This document shows, piece by piece, positions 1-9,792 of a stretch of DNA of 64,000 nt; the first letter of the stretch is position 1; every line of letters begins with the position of its first letter. Source of the DNA: a virus (Duplodnaviria > Heunggongvirae > Uroviricota > Caudoviricetes); the IMG/VR virus record IMGVR_UViG_3300042204_000022; one strand, given 5' to 3'. The position numbers were made by a program, and so were the translations under genes. The notes under the pieces are model-generated. The model ran no database searches, was not told the DNA's origin, and saw only the letters and a list, made by a program, of their open reading frames with translations.

Positions 1-190
1 GTGTAGCCGATCACACACGCTATATATGGGGTCTTGTATTGTTGCATATTGTCTGAAATTATATTATAAAATTAGTTATATTTTGGGGTTGTGATTGCTT
101 GCAATATGTCTATGTCTGATATATACTAGTAACAGTTAGCAAGAGTACAGGTTGCTACACAATAATATATAACTGTACAGGAGAACAACA

Positions 191-475
191 ATGGCAACAG
201 TAAAAGTAAATAGTATCCAGAGGAAGCTTTTTGTGGAGCACGCTGGCAAGCTAGTAGAAGTCAAGCAGATTGAGGACGCTACAGAGTATCCAAAGGGCAC
301 TACAATCTACACAAAAGAAGCAGCCAAGGGCAAGGAAGCGGGCAAGGCGCTATATGCCGTAGCCGTGGAGGACTTTATTCCAAAGAAGCGTAAAAGCTCC
401 AAGGAGTCCATCCAGTCTATGCTAGCCAATGGTATGAGCGCCGAGGAGATTGTCGCCAAGCTTGCGGGGCTATAG
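191..475 (+). CDS. hypothetical protein (Lys-rich, 94 aa)
   Basis: ORF with upstream AGGAG-like RBS; no recognisable motif. Confidence 0.45.
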   Translation: MATVKVNSIQRKLFVEHAGKLVEVKQIEDATEYPKGTTIYTKEAAKGKEAGKALYAVAVEDFIPKKRKSSKESIQSMLANGMSAEEIVAKLAGL

Positions 476-693
476 TACACAATACGGGAGACTATGCTAT
501 GTAGTGTAGTCTCCTTATATATATATAATACAAAAAGAGGAGGGACAGAGTATGCCCGCGAAAATAAAGCACGCTATAAATATATTGGCCGGATTCCTTA
601 TTATATGGGGAGGATGGACTTGTATTGTAGCGGATATAAATTATATATGCCTCCCGGCTTTTATGCTCGGACTTGTGGCGTATATGTTAAATA

Positions 694-1011
694 ATGAGGA
701 GGGAGTCCATGAGCTATAAAATACACGGGACGGGAGCCAGTCGGCTGTTAGTGCTGCCAATGAGGGAAGCCCACCGCTGGCGGTTTATGCAAGTTATAAA
801 TGGACAGGCGGTCCTAGTAAAGTTTACACAAGCGGGCAAGCGGCTGCTGGCGGCCGTATCGGACACGGTGCTAGTATATAAGAAGCCTCACGCCAACGCC
901 TTCCACTATGAGTATATGCAAGCCAACAGGGGAGCACTCTCCAGAGGGGAGCCGGGGGCGGACTCGGAGCGTATTCTGGACAATATGCTGGAGTATATAG
1001 AGGCAATATAG
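694..1011 (+). CDS. hypothetical protein
   Basis: ORF, GGAGG RBS upstream. Confidence 0.4.
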   Translation: MRRESMSYKIHGTGASRLLVLPMREAHRWRFMQVINGQAVLVKFTQAGKRLLAAVSDTVLVYKKPHANAFHYEYMQANRGALSRGEPGADSERILDNMLEYIEAI

Positions 1012-1140
1012 CCCGCCAAAAAATATACAATGCAATATAATATACAATCCTTCAAAATTGTTTGGAGGGTTGTTTTTATATTCCATCATATTTTGACAGG
1101 AAAGCAAGTTATGGGGAGGCATTTTTATGCCAAAGCGAGA

Positions 1141-1188
1141 AAATAGCGTTCGCCCCGCTAAACTGCCAATCGTCGGAATTTTTTTGGA
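1141..1188 (+). repeat. conserved early-region intergenic motif, copy 1 (AAATAGCGTTCGCCCCGCTAAACTGCC...TTTTTTTGGAAG)
   Basis: near-identical ~45-nt element recurs at 1196, 4477, 6854, 9587. Confidence 0.6.
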
Positions 1189-1195
1189 AGATAAA

Positions 1196-1245
1196 GAAAA
1201 TCGCGTCTGGGACGTTAAACTGCCAGACTACGGACATTTTTTGCA
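1196..1245 (+). repeat. conserved early-region intergenic motif, copy 2 (GGACGTTAAACTGCCAGACTACGGACATTTTTTG)
   Basis: shares CGYTAAACTGCC core + T-run. Confidence 0.5.
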
Positions 1246-1504
1246 AGTTGCAAGCGGCTTGTGAGAAATTAAAAATTAAAATTAAGGCTTGCAGAGGAGA
1301 CAATTATGTCAAACAATAATCCAGATAAAGATCAACTTTTGGCTGAGGAAATCGCACTAGTTTGCGTTCTTCAAGGAGTGGTATTGTAATGAAGTTTTTC
1401 GATATTATTCCAGAGCAATACAGAGTACGTAAGCCAATAACTGTTAAACAGCTAGGCATCAAAAAAGTGGTGGTTGTTCGCACTCGCCAGAATGGTGGTG
1501 TCGT

Positions 1505-1717
1505 ATGAGGCAAGAACAACTAATCCGAGACGAACACGATTACAATATCGAGTTTACGGATGTTATTAAAGTGGAGCAGGGGGAGCATTATACCTCCATA
1601 TCAAGGTTCTTCCGACTAGGTGAGAAAGCGGATATGGACCTGATACTCTTAACTCCACCAGAACTTAAGAAAATGGCTGAAGCATTGAATAATTTGCTCG
1701 CCGAGAAAGAAGGTTAG
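1505..1717 (+). CDS. hypothetical protein
   Basis: ORF. Confidence 0.4.
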   Translation: MRQEQLIRDEHDYNIEFTDVIKVEQGEHYTSISRFFRLGEKADMDLILLTPPELKKMAEALNNLLAEKEG

Positions 1718-1720
1718 TGT

Positions 1721-2248
1721 ATGGAAACCCCGAAACTATACTGCGGTACTTATGGCAAGTACAACAATGGCTCTATACAGGGTAAGTGGATGGACCTGTC
1801 TGAATACGATTCGGCAGAAGAGTTCTTCGCCGCCTGTAAAGAGTTGCACAAAGACGAGCGAGATCCTGAGTTTATGTTTCAGGACTTTGAGTGTTTTCCT
1901 AAGTCGCTTTATAGCGAAAGCATGGGAACCGAAGAAATTGAGGCTATTATAGCCTATGCAAAACTTAGCGACGACCAAAAAGAAATGGTTGAGGCGTTTT
2001 GTGATGCCACCGGATACACGATTGGCAAGTATTCCATAGAGCAAATCGAGGATGCGCTTGTGTTTACTGCTGATGGATCGAGCTTTTCTAGCGTAGAGGA
2101 GCAGCTTGGGTATGATTATGCCGAGAACGGGATGATTGATATTCCTGAAAGTGTAGCTCCTTATTTTAACTACAAAAGTTATGGCGAAGATATGATGATG
2201 GACCTATCTGAGTCGAATGGCTACGTGTTCAATCTGGACAACCTATAA
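1721..2248 (+). CDS. hypothetical acidic protein
   Basis: ORF, RBS; acidic composition. Confidence 0.5.
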   Translation: METPKLYCGTYGKYNNGSIQGKWMDLSEYDSAEEFFAACKELHKDERDPEFMFQDFECFPKSLYSESMGTEEIEAIIAYAKLSDDQKEMVEAFCDATGYTIGKYSIEQIEDALVFTADGSSFSSVEEQLGYDYAENGMIDIPESVAPYFNYKSYGEDMMMDLSESNGYVFNLDNL

Positions 2249-2299
2249 ATTAAAAGCCCCCAGATGGCGAAAAGTATAAATCTGGAGAAAGAATAAATT

Positions 2300-3175
2300 A
2301 TGCCAACTAAAAATGACGTTGCGACCGCTAAACAGGACCGCTACAAAATATTTTCTGACTATGTTGACAATCACGCCAACGAAATCTACATAGATTATCG
2401 GGACGAGTTGAGCAAAGAGCAGGTTAGTCAAATCCTAGAAGGCAAACTCGCAGAAGTTAGATGGGAAATCGAAGATAACGCAATGAGTTACATGGACAGG
2501 GAAGACTACTACTGGACTCATATGGCAGAAGAACTCAAAGTTGAAAAAGATGAGATTTTTGAGTGGCTTGACGACGAGGGCTTCTGGCCTCACAACGACT
2601 TGACTGACGATGGCATGCGAAGGTTGATGGAGAACACTTCTGTAGAGATTACGGCAATCGTATGGGATGCAGAGTGGAATTTCTACAACTGGGCGTATGG
2701 TGGACCTGTTAACTACTCAGACGTTAAAGAAAGCCTACGCATTCTAGGTATCAATCCACTAGAGTTCAAAAAAGCGTTCGATGATAGTTCAGTTAGCTTG
2801 GGAGGCTCGCACCGTTTGCGAGGGTACTTCCCTGATATGCCCAATCGTAAACCAGCCGTTGACGTAAACGAGCTACGTGGCAATATGATTGTTCTCTATG
2901 ATGGAGTTCTTAACTTCTGTCTAGGGGATTTAGCACAGGTGGCTGAAGTTGCGTCCGGCGAAACGAAGAATATCACATTTAAGGCGGGAACGAACGTCGT
3001 GATGTACGACTTCGGTAACGGGGCTGGTATCACAGAAGTCCAGCTGAAAGAAGACGTTACAATCCCACGCAAAAAAGTAGAGTTCAAAAACGATAACGAA
3101 AGTCGATACGGGATTCAGTCCTGTTATGGCTTTGTTCACAGTTATTGGACAGAAGGGAGCGTTCAAAATGGTTAG
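2300..3175 (+). CDS. hypothetical protein
   Basis: 291-aa ORF. Confidence 0.55.
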   Translation: MPTKNDVATAKQDRYKIFSDYVDNHANEIYIDYRDELSKEQVSQILEGKLAEVRWEIEDNAMSYMDREDYYWTHMAEELKVEKDEIFEWLDDEGFWPHNDLTDDGMRRLMENTSVEITAIVWDAEWNFYNWAYGGPVNYSDVKESLRILGINPLEFKKAFDDSSVSLGGSHRLRGYFPDMPNRKPAVDVNELRGNMIVLYDGVLNFCLGDLAQVAEVASGETKNITFKAGTNVVMYDFGNGAGITEVQLKEDVTIPRKKVEFKNDNESRYGIQSCYGFVHSYWTEGSVQNG

Positions 3176-3887
3176 TGTAGCAACAGATGGCGTAGTAACT
3201 GTACGAAGTTCAGCCTTGAGTGAGCAATTTTACACAATTGACACTTATGGGCAGTTTAGTACAGATTATCTCGACGAAGACTGGAAAGAAGAAAGTGTAT
3301 TTCATCATAAGCAGTTCGTAAAGGACCTTGCAGAGCTACACGCTGAAGTTATTGGCGAATACTGCGAACCGGGACGACCAGTTGAGGGATTACGTGTCGT
3401 AGATACATGGAGCCCGCGAGAATACAACTTTGCAACAGATCAGGCTGAGCTTGAGATTGACGTACATCTCGAAGAGCTTAGGAAATACCTAGAATATGGC
3501 GTTTCGACAGAGTTCGATGAGTTCCTGCACGAAAACTTCACCTCTAGGGACGGTTTTTGGTCGTTCACTCCGAACAATATCATGGACTTTAACGAAGTTC
3601 TTGATGGAGTGTCAGACGAATACAAAAGTCAGGAAGATTTTGATAAGTGCGTGGCTATTCTCGCTGGTTGGTATTTAACTCGTGAGGAGTTGACCGAGCA
3701 AGAGTACTTGGACGCTATGTACGACCGTGTCCATGAGCTGATGTACAACAATTTCGACCAGTTCACACAAGAAACGTGGGACGAGTACGATAAATGGTGC
3801 GAAACCCACACCGCCGAAGATGGAATGCGGGAGCTTGAAATCGACGAGTGGTTTAACGAATATAAGGAGAAGAAAGATGAGGTATAG
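3168..3887 (+). CDS. hypothetical acidic protein
   Basis: ORF; start moved to ATG 3168 (AAGGGAG RBS) to avoid overlap. Confidence 0.5.
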   Translation: MVSVATDGVVTVRSSALSEQFYTIDTYGQFSTDYLDEDWKEESVFHHKQFVKDLAELHAEVIGEYCEPGRPVEGLRVVDTWSPREYNFATDQAELEIDVHLEELRKYLEYGVSTEFDEFLHENFTSRDGFWSFTPNNIMDFNEVLDGVSDEYKSQEDFDKCVAILAGWYLTREELTEQEYLDAMYDRVHELMYNNFDQFTQETWDEYDKWCETHTAEDGMRELEIDEWFNEYKEKKDEV

Positions 3888-4122
3888 ACTATCTTGGCTA
3901 GAAACTTGGTCCGAGAAGCGTCAAGCTGATTTGCCTAACGTTGTTGTTGAGCATTTTGAAAACTCCGATGGTTGGTTCGACCACGAATACTCCTATCACT
4001 TTAGCGCGAACAGCGAGGACGAGGCGAAACAGATAGCGGCCGAATACTCACGACAATTTGAAGGCGGTGCTGTGTGGAGCCTCTATTGTGAAGATCCAAT
4101 AATGACAGAGGAGGATGTATGA
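3877..4122 (+). CDS. hypothetical protein
   Basis: ORF; internal ATG with AGGAGA RBS chosen. Confidence 0.4.
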   Translation: MRYRLSWLETWSEKRQADLPNVVVEHFENSDGWFDHEYSYHFSANSEDEAKQIAAEYSRQFEGGAVWSLYCEDPIMTEEDV

Positions 4123-4475
4123 GTCAAAGTATCATTGAAGAGTTGCATAAAATGCTAGTAAAGCCAACTAATAGCACGGACTACCCGTCAAAGACTGTAG
4201 ATTATACGCCTGAGCTATATTCTGACATCTGCGATAGCTTTCTGGACCACCACCAGACCGGATGGACCGTCTGCGGGGCTCAAGACCCTGCGGTTATTTA
4301 TCTAGGAGAGGCGTTCGCGAAGCAACACCCCGAACTGGCTGAATATGCCGTCGTTCGTGTTATAGATAAGTATTTGAACGAGTGGAACAGCGCAACTCTG
4401 CTCGAATTCTCTAATCAGGACATAACCGACGAGGAATATGCTCGTTACGAGGAGGTGATGCAAGAGCAGGAGTAG
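4119..4475 (+). CDS. hypothetical protein
   Basis: ORF, ATGA overlap with upstream gene. Confidence 0.5.
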   Translation: MSQSIIEELHKMLVKPTNSTDYPSKTVDYTPELYSDICDSFLDHHQTGWTVCGAQDPAVIYLGEAFAKQHPELAEYAVVRVIDKYLNEWNSATLLEFSNQDITDEEYARYEEVMQEQE

Positions 4476-4476
4476 A

Positions 4477-4528
4477 AAATGGCGTTCGGGGCGCTAAACT
4501 GCCTCGCTTACAAAAATTTTTCGAGATA
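4477..4528 (+). repeat. conserved early-region intergenic motif, copy 3
   Basis: AAAATGGCGTTCGGGGCGCTAAACTGCC...ACAAAAATTTTTCGAG immediately after stop codon. Confidence 0.6.
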
Positions 4529-4542
4529 AGAAAGGAACTGTT

Positions 4543-4884
4543 ATGAATATTTCGAGATTGCACTATCTTAGGGGCGAATTAGAAGCCGAAGAGATTAGTT
4601 TAGAAGAAATATCAGAGATTGAGGCTGCTTTTGCTGAAGTCCCTGATGTCGAGTTGACAGACTTGCGTGAAAATGCAATGGCTAGTGATATGCTAGACGT
4701 GCTCGAAGGGCGAGTTAGTACGGTTGAGAAAACTATCTACAATTGGGTGGAGCGAAACTTTGGCGAAAGCGAAGCGAACGACCCTAGCTGGGATATTAGT
4801 TCTCTGGCTGATGAAATAAATAATATACAAGTTATTTTCGGTGCTGAAGATAGCACACTAATCAAGCTCTTAGGAGAGGAGTAA
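4543..4884 (+). CDS. hypothetical acidic protein
   Basis: ORF. Confidence 0.5.
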   Translation: MNISRLHYLRGELEAEEISLEEISEIEAAFAEVPDVELTDLRENAMASDMLDVLEGRVSTVEKTIYNWVERNFGESEANDPSWDISSLADEINNIQVIFGAEDSTLIKLLGEE

Positions 4885-4888
4885 CATT

Positions 4889-5125
4889 ATGCGGTGGGCG
4901 AAAACAACAAAATATCAAGCAAGCGTGATGATAAATCTAAAAGCATACAACATTGTTTGTGAAGGCGAAGCAGGTGAAGACTACGCACTCAGTGTTAATG
5001 GAGAGTATATACGAGATGTATCGGCTCTACCAGAATATGAGGAGCTTGTTCAGATAATAGACGAAGAACTAATGCTCGAAGAGGAGGCCAATATTGGCTT
5101 TCCTCGTGAGCTAGAAAGGATTTAG
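4889..5125 (+). CDS. hypothetical protein
   Basis: ORF. Confidence 0.45.
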   Translation: MRWAKTTKYQASVMINLKAYNIVCEGEAGEDYALSVNGEYIRDVSALPEYEELVQIIDEELMLEEEANIGFPRELERI

Positions 5126-5126
5126 T

Positions 5127-5369
5127 ATGGTTCATTTAACTTTAGAGATAGCGTCGGCTGCGAAAGTAGAAAGGTACGACGAAAGTAAAAGCGACGCTTG
5201 GGAGCCTATAGCATCTTCGCAGGCTGAAGATGAGGTTGCAGCAAAGGCTCTTATGCTAGAAAATATATTAGAAGCCTTGAACGACGAGAGCTTACTGCCA
5301 ACAAATGAATGGCTACGCTTGACGTATCGTGATAAAAACTTTAAGTTCATCAAAAGGGAGACATTCTAA
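5127..5369 (+). CDS. hypothetical protein
   Basis: ORF. Confidence 0.45.
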   Translation: MVHLTLEIASAAKVERYDESKSDAWEPIASSQAEDEVAAKALMLENILEALNDESLLPTNEWLRLTYRDKNFKFIKRETF

Positions 5370-5698
5370 TGGGCTACCGAGCAAACGTAATAACACAACA
5401 TCGAGAATATGGCGACCAGTCGTTTAGCGATTGGGACTTATTTGAAGACCTGTGGGGCGACTTTACTGGTTTTGTGGAGATAAACGTGCCAGAGGCGTGG
5501 ACATCACGTTCTGAAAATCTCGATTATTTTGAAGCCTCGAAAGATGGTATTAAAGAATATATCGAACATATCAAAGTGTTGCCGCCAGAAGAGAAGCACT
5601 CTCATTATGTGGACTACACGAATAAAGAGGTAATCGAGACGCTTGAGCGGGCAATCGAACAAGCACCAGACGATTATGTCAGTTGGGAGTGGTTCTAA
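5369..5698 (+). CDS. hypothetical protein
   Basis: ORF. Confidence 0.5.
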   Translation: MGYRANVITQHREYGDQSFSDWDLFEDLWGDFTGFVEINVPEAWTSRSENLDYFEASKDGIKEYIEHIKVLPPEEKHSHYVDYTNKEVIETLERAIEQAPDDYVSWEWF

Positions 5699-6020
5699 TG
5701 GCGAAAATGAATAATGATGATGCAATAAACGCATTGGTAGTTGTCCTTGAGCAAGATCGGGGCGACTATCATCTAAGCGAGCAGGACCTAGACAGTGCGT
5801 TAAAAGCCTGCGAACACGTTATTAAAATTGTGCAGAAGTATAAGGAGAAGAATAATGCCTAGTGACGAAGAGCTAACGAACCACATTATTTGGCTTACGA
5901 TAAATGAAGCACTCACTGAGAAGCTTGGTATGGAGCATATTGGTGGGGGCGATGGCACGTTCGGGTTCGAGGACGAGTACAAAAAGGGTAACTTTAAGAT
6001 AACGATTGGAATGAAAAACA

Positions 6021-6626
6021 ATGGCTAATTTAAGTGATGCGTTCGGAACAGTTCGGGTCGATGGTGTAGGAAAAGAATTCTTAGAGTTCTTAGATGCAGT
6101 TCAGGGCACCGAAGAAAAAGCCTACTATAAGTTGGTAGATATTGAAGATTATCGAGAAGTTGAGCCCGACGAAAAGAATAATCTTGAGTTCACGTTCAGC
6201 ACATCAGGGCGATGGAGCTACGGTAATAACCTAGAGGGCTATCTGAAGGGTGAGTGGATGAATGGTGAAAATCGTGGTGCGTGGGAGAAACTCATTGACG
6301 CTCTACGAGACAGCGGTGGCTTTATCGAAGTCGATTACAAAGACAGCGACACGGCGATGGACTGGATGGGCGAGGGTGTTGCAACTTTACGAGTCAGTTC
6401 AGAAGAAGGTGGCGATATTGAGTTCAATGACAGTTTTGAGTCCGAAAACATTACTCTTGAGAAGTATGCAGAACAGCAAGGCTTTACAGAGTATGAAGCG
6501 TTTGAGTATATCTACGGCGATGAAGTAGCTGATAAATACAAAGAGTATTGCGAAACTGAAGAAGCGAAAGGTAACACCCCAGCCAAGCCAGATACGTGGT
6601 ACGAAAGTATTTACGAGGACGAATAG
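6021..6626 (+). CDS. hypothetical acidic protein
   Basis: 201-aa ORF. Confidence 0.55.
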   Translation: MANLSDAFGTVRVDGVGKEFLEFLDAVQGTEEKAYYKLVDIEDYREVEPDEKNNLEFTFSTSGRWSYGNNLEGYLKGEWMNGENRGAWEKLIDALRDSGGFIEVDYKDSDTAMDWMGEGVATLRVSSEEGGDIEFNDSFESENITLEKYAEQQGFTEYEAFEYIYGDEVADKYKEYCETEEAKGNTPAKPDTWYESIYEDE

Positions 6627-6627
6627 T

Positions 6628-6855
6628 ATGGATAGCGATGCGTTTTGGTGCATAACATTAGGATTGTTGATTCTGCGTGCGTTCTGGAAGCATCAACGTG
6701 CTAAGGGCGTAGTAGAACGCAATCGCAACACCGTGAAGGCTAAGTGGGACCGTAAGCGTTCTAGAAAGGAGGCGCAAGAAGAAAAAGAAGAGCGGGAGCA
6801 GGAAATAGCCGAGGTTATCTCAGTTATTATTCCTACGCTCGATAATGGACAGTAA
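6628..6855 (+). CDS. small membrane-anchored protein
   Basis: N-terminal hydrophobic helix, basic/acidic tail. Confidence 0.4.
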   Translation: MDSDAFWCITLGLLILRAFWKHQRAKGVVERNRNTVKAKWDRKRSRKEAQEEKEEREQEIAEVISVIIPTLDNGQ

Positions 6856-6903
6856 ATGGCGTTCGCACCGCCTAAACAGCACCGACTACAAAATTTTTTG
6901 AGG
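6854..6903 (+). repeat. conserved early-region intergenic motif, copy 4
   Basis: AAATGGCGTTCGCACCGCCTAAACAGC...ACAAAATTTTTTGAGG after stop. Confidence 0.6.
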
Positions 6904-6910
6904 AGAAAGT

Positions 6911-7273
6911 ATGAAAACATTTGAGATTGTTACCAAGAAAACGGTAACGCAAGAGCAAATCGAAAACATTCTTACGGATGCGTTCGAGGGTGGCGTTATG
7001 ACTGATTGGTGCGAGGGTGTTGTCATCGTGAAGGAGCCAGAAGAGCAGTACGATTATGCAAGTGAGGTACTAACTCGTGGTGGCGAACTGAGTATCGTTG
7101 ACGGTCAAGAATACATCCCCGAAACAGACAGTTATGGTAAGGCGTATACACTAACTTTAGATATGGTGCTGAAAGCACTGGGCGAGTCAAAGATTGATTT
7201 CGAAGACTATGATGCGGTTGATGCCGACCAAGTTATTCAGATTGCATTGTTTGGTGAGGTGATATATGGCTAA
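6911..7273 (+). CDS. hypothetical protein
   Basis: ORF. Confidence 0.5.
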   Translation: MKTFEIVTKKTVTQEQIENILTDAFEGGVMTDWCEGVVIVKEPEEQYDYASEVLTRGGELSIVDGQEYIPETDSYGKAYTLTLDMVLKALGESKIDFEDYDAVDADQVIQIALFGEVIYG

Positions 7274-7517
7274 GGTAGCATTTGAGATGAAGAAATGTCC
7301 TCGATGTGGTGAAGACAGCATGGATGACAGAGAAGTGATGAATGCGTTGAGTCGAAGGGATAACCACACCTATATTTGTAGCCCATGCGGTACGCAAGAA
7401 GCGTTCGTTGATATGGGGCTGATTAGTGAGGTTGAGTGGTATTCAACTATCCCGAAAGTAGAAGAAACGATTAAGGCGCTGGTGGGAGCAGGAAGGATTA
7501 AGTTACAGAATGAGTAA
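7266..7517 (+). CDS. zinc-ribbon protein (CPRCG...CSPCG)
   Basis: two CxxC pairs. Confidence 0.45.
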   Translation: MAKVAFEMKKCPRCGEDSMDDREVMNALSRRDNHTYICSPCGTQEAFVDMGLISEVEWYSTIPKVEETIKALVGAGRIKLQNE

Positions 7518-8217
7518 ATTTTTCGACGGAATAATGGAGGGGTACGATGCAGACGAGAAAGCCAGTAAGTACCCTGTCAGTTTAGGTTACACAGAAACTG
7601 GTACAGAAGTAAAACTGGACATCAAGCAGATGAAGCACACGCTTGTATCTGGTATGAGCCAGTCTGGTAAGAGTACAATGGTACGCAAGTTTTTACCTAG
7701 TCTTGTGAAGTATGCAGATGTTGCTATCTTTAGTACGAAGTCAAGCGATTTCGTTGACTATGAGAAGACGGCGTATGTTGCAGCCGATGTCGATCGAATG
7801 GGAAGTCTTATTCGACGAACGGTGGGCGAAGTAGAGCGACGTATTGACCGACTTGGTAAGCTACGACGAGAGAAGGGGATGGACCAGCAGTGTCCTGACA
7901 CGCCTCTTATTCTGTTGATTGACGAGTTTCAATCGTTTGCAGAACTGGCCGACCAAGCAACTAACGACGCACTGAAGCGGATTATCCGAGAGGGCGCTGG
8001 CTTGAACGTGTTTATCTACATCATTACACAGACTCCTAACAAGCGAGTGTTGGGTGATGGTCTACGAGATAACATTTCAACAGACATCGCCTTCAAACAG
8101 CGTGATGCGTATGGTTCACGAATGGCTATCGGTACACGAGAGGTCGAGTTCATCGAGCTACGACAGTGTATTGTCCGTAACATCGACAAGAAGTTCAAAA
8201 TTACACGTTTGCACTAA
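7510..8217 (+). CDS. P-loop NTPase (FtsK/HerA-like ATPase)
   Basis: Walker A GMSQSGKST, Walker B LILLIDEFQ. Confidence 0.55.
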   Translation: MSKFFDGIMEGYDADEKASKYPVSLGYTETGTEVKLDIKQMKHTLVSGMSQSGKSTMVRKFLPSLVKYADVAIFSTKSSDFVDYEKTAYVAADVDRMGSLIRRTVGEVERRIDRLGKLRREKGMDQQCPDTPLILLIDEFQSFAELADQATNDALKRIIREGAGLNVFIYIITQTPNKRVLGDGLRDNISTDIAFKQRDAYGSRMAIGTREVEFIELRQCIVRNIDKKFKITRLH

Positions 8218-8342
8218 TCACGGTTATATGGTACTTTAGGGTTTTTACGAGGGTCTACGACGATAGACGAGGGTAAAAAGGGTAAAAAAGTACCACACGT
8301 ATTTCAGTGAGGTGTTTACGTACATTACGATTAAATTGAAAG

Positions 8343-8801
8343 GTGATTATGCACAGAGGAAAAGCTATACAGCCAGATCGAGAATGCGAATGGTGCAACA
8401 AGCCGCTACCTGCTCTGCGACATCCGAGTACAAGATATTGTGATACGATTTGTCGTGGACGAGATCGTTGGCAGCGAGAAAACGTTGGTCAGGGCATTAA
8501 GTGTTTAGATTGCGGTAAGCGGTTCAATCGAGTGGGCAGCCACGTCGTACAGGTTCACGGTTATGAGAATGTTATCGAGTACCGCAGAGAGCATGGCTTA
8601 ATGGCGAAAGAGACCCACACAAAAGCACACGCTAATGCAATGCGTAAGAAGGTTGTTGATAAGTCTTTAGATAATCTAAAGCTTGGCAAGAGCACCCGTT
8701 TCGTTGAGGGCGGTTCGCACGCTGAAGAACTGAAGAAGTTCTGGGACAATCGCAAGCAGAAAAAGGGTTACATCGAAAATAATACGCCACTAGGGGGATA
8801 A
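8343..8801 (+). CDS. Ros/MucR-like zinc-finger DNA-binding protein
   Basis: CLDCGKRF...GSHVVQVHGYENVIEYRREHGL resembles Ros/MucR C2H2 finger. Confidence 0.5.
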   Translation: MIMHRGKAIQPDRECEWCNKPLPALRHPSTRYCDTICRGRDRWQRENVGQGIKCLDCGKRFNRVGSHVVQVHGYENVIEYRREHGLMAKETHTKAHANAMRKKVVDKSLDNLKLGKSTRFVEGGSHAEELKKFWDNRKQKKGYIENNTPLGG

Positions 8802-9256
8802 TGAAAGAAGAAAAATTGAAGGCAGCTATTCTGCTTGGCGCTGAGCTAATGATAGAGCACGGGCTAAGTGACTGGAAGTTAGACATCGTTAATAAGCGTA
8901 CAACTCTTGGCGAGACGTACTACCGCACGAAAACTATCGAGTTAAGTCAACGGTTTATTCTTGTCAGTACAAGAGATGAGTTTAGAGAAACAATGCTACA
9001 CGAGATAGCACACGCTCTGATTGGTCCTGGTTATGCACACGGCCCGGTGTTTGTCGAGAAGTGTCTAGCGATTGGCGGCAACCCTGAGTCATCGGGCAAT
9101 ATCACTATTCGCTCATACTTGTACCGTTGCGAGAACTGCGGTACGGCTGGTGGACACAATAAAGTTATTGACGCTTACTGTAAGAAGTGTTTCGATAAGG
9201 GCATATACGCAAAGTTAATCGGCGAAAAGAACAAAATAAAAGTAAGGAGTTGGTAG
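8801..9256 (+). CDS. SprT-like zinc metalloprotease
   Basis: HEIAH motif followed by C-terminal CxxC...CxxC zinc ribbon. Confidence 0.55.
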   Translation: MKEEKLKAAILLGAELMIEHGLSDWKLDIVNKRTTLGETYYRTKTIELSQRFILVSTRDEFRETMLHEIAHALIGPGYAHGPVFVEKCLAIGGNPESSGNITIRSYLYRCENCGTAGGHNKVIDAYCKKCFDKGIYAKLIGEKNKIKVRSW

Positions 9257-9522
9257 TGAGTAACCCTACGAAGACACGCTTGGCGAGAGATTTGTACGAC
9301 GAGCTACGAAAGCAGGATCTGGTACATATAATGTTTGAAGGACTAATGGGTGACGCGGTATGGATTAGTTCTGGTCGTCGAGCGTACAGACTAAAGGACT
9401 TAAGTGATATGCACCTAATGAATATCAAGCAAAAGTACTGGAAGAAATCTCAGTTAGTCCCTGAGTGCATTATGAATGAGTGGAACCGTCGGGAAGAGGC
9501 AAGATTGGCATCCAAATGTTAG
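9250..9522 (+). CDS. hypothetical protein
   Basis: ORF. Confidence 0.35.
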   Translation: MVVSNPTKTRLARDLYDELRKQDLVHIMFEGLMGDAVWISSGRRAYRLKDLSDMHLMNIKQKYWKKSQLVPECIMNEWNRREEARLASKC

Positions 9523-9586
9523 TGCCAGCAGGAAATGGTGATTGTTTGGCTAATCTACCAGCCACGTTTATCATTTCCGCCTCTGA

Positions 9587-9630
9587 AAATGGCGTTTGCG
9601 GCGTTAAACTGCCGTCTGTTGAAAAATCCG
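9587..9630 (+). repeat. conserved early-region intergenic motif, copy 5
   Basis: AAAATGGCGTTTGCGGCGTTAAACTGCC at the + / - strand convergence point. Confidence 0.55.
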
Positions 9631-9792
9631 CCACAAAACCGGGCACTGAAGCACCAACAATATCTGTTTCGATAGGCTGGACTATGAAACCGCCTATGGT
9701 CATATATCCCATGACTGCGTTATACTCATAGTCCCCAAATTGGTACAGATAATCTAAAAACTGCCCATAGAGAAAGATTTTATCGCCGAAAA

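Noticed and set aside
824-1122. Antisense and overlapping ORFs (824-1030 -, 871-1122 -, 1109-1303 -, 1304-1519 -, 1736-2044 -, 2896-3166 -, 3440-3811 -, etc.)
   Set aside because: They are opposite-strand shadows of better-supported plus-strand genes or repeat-rich intergenic sequence, with no RBS or motif support.
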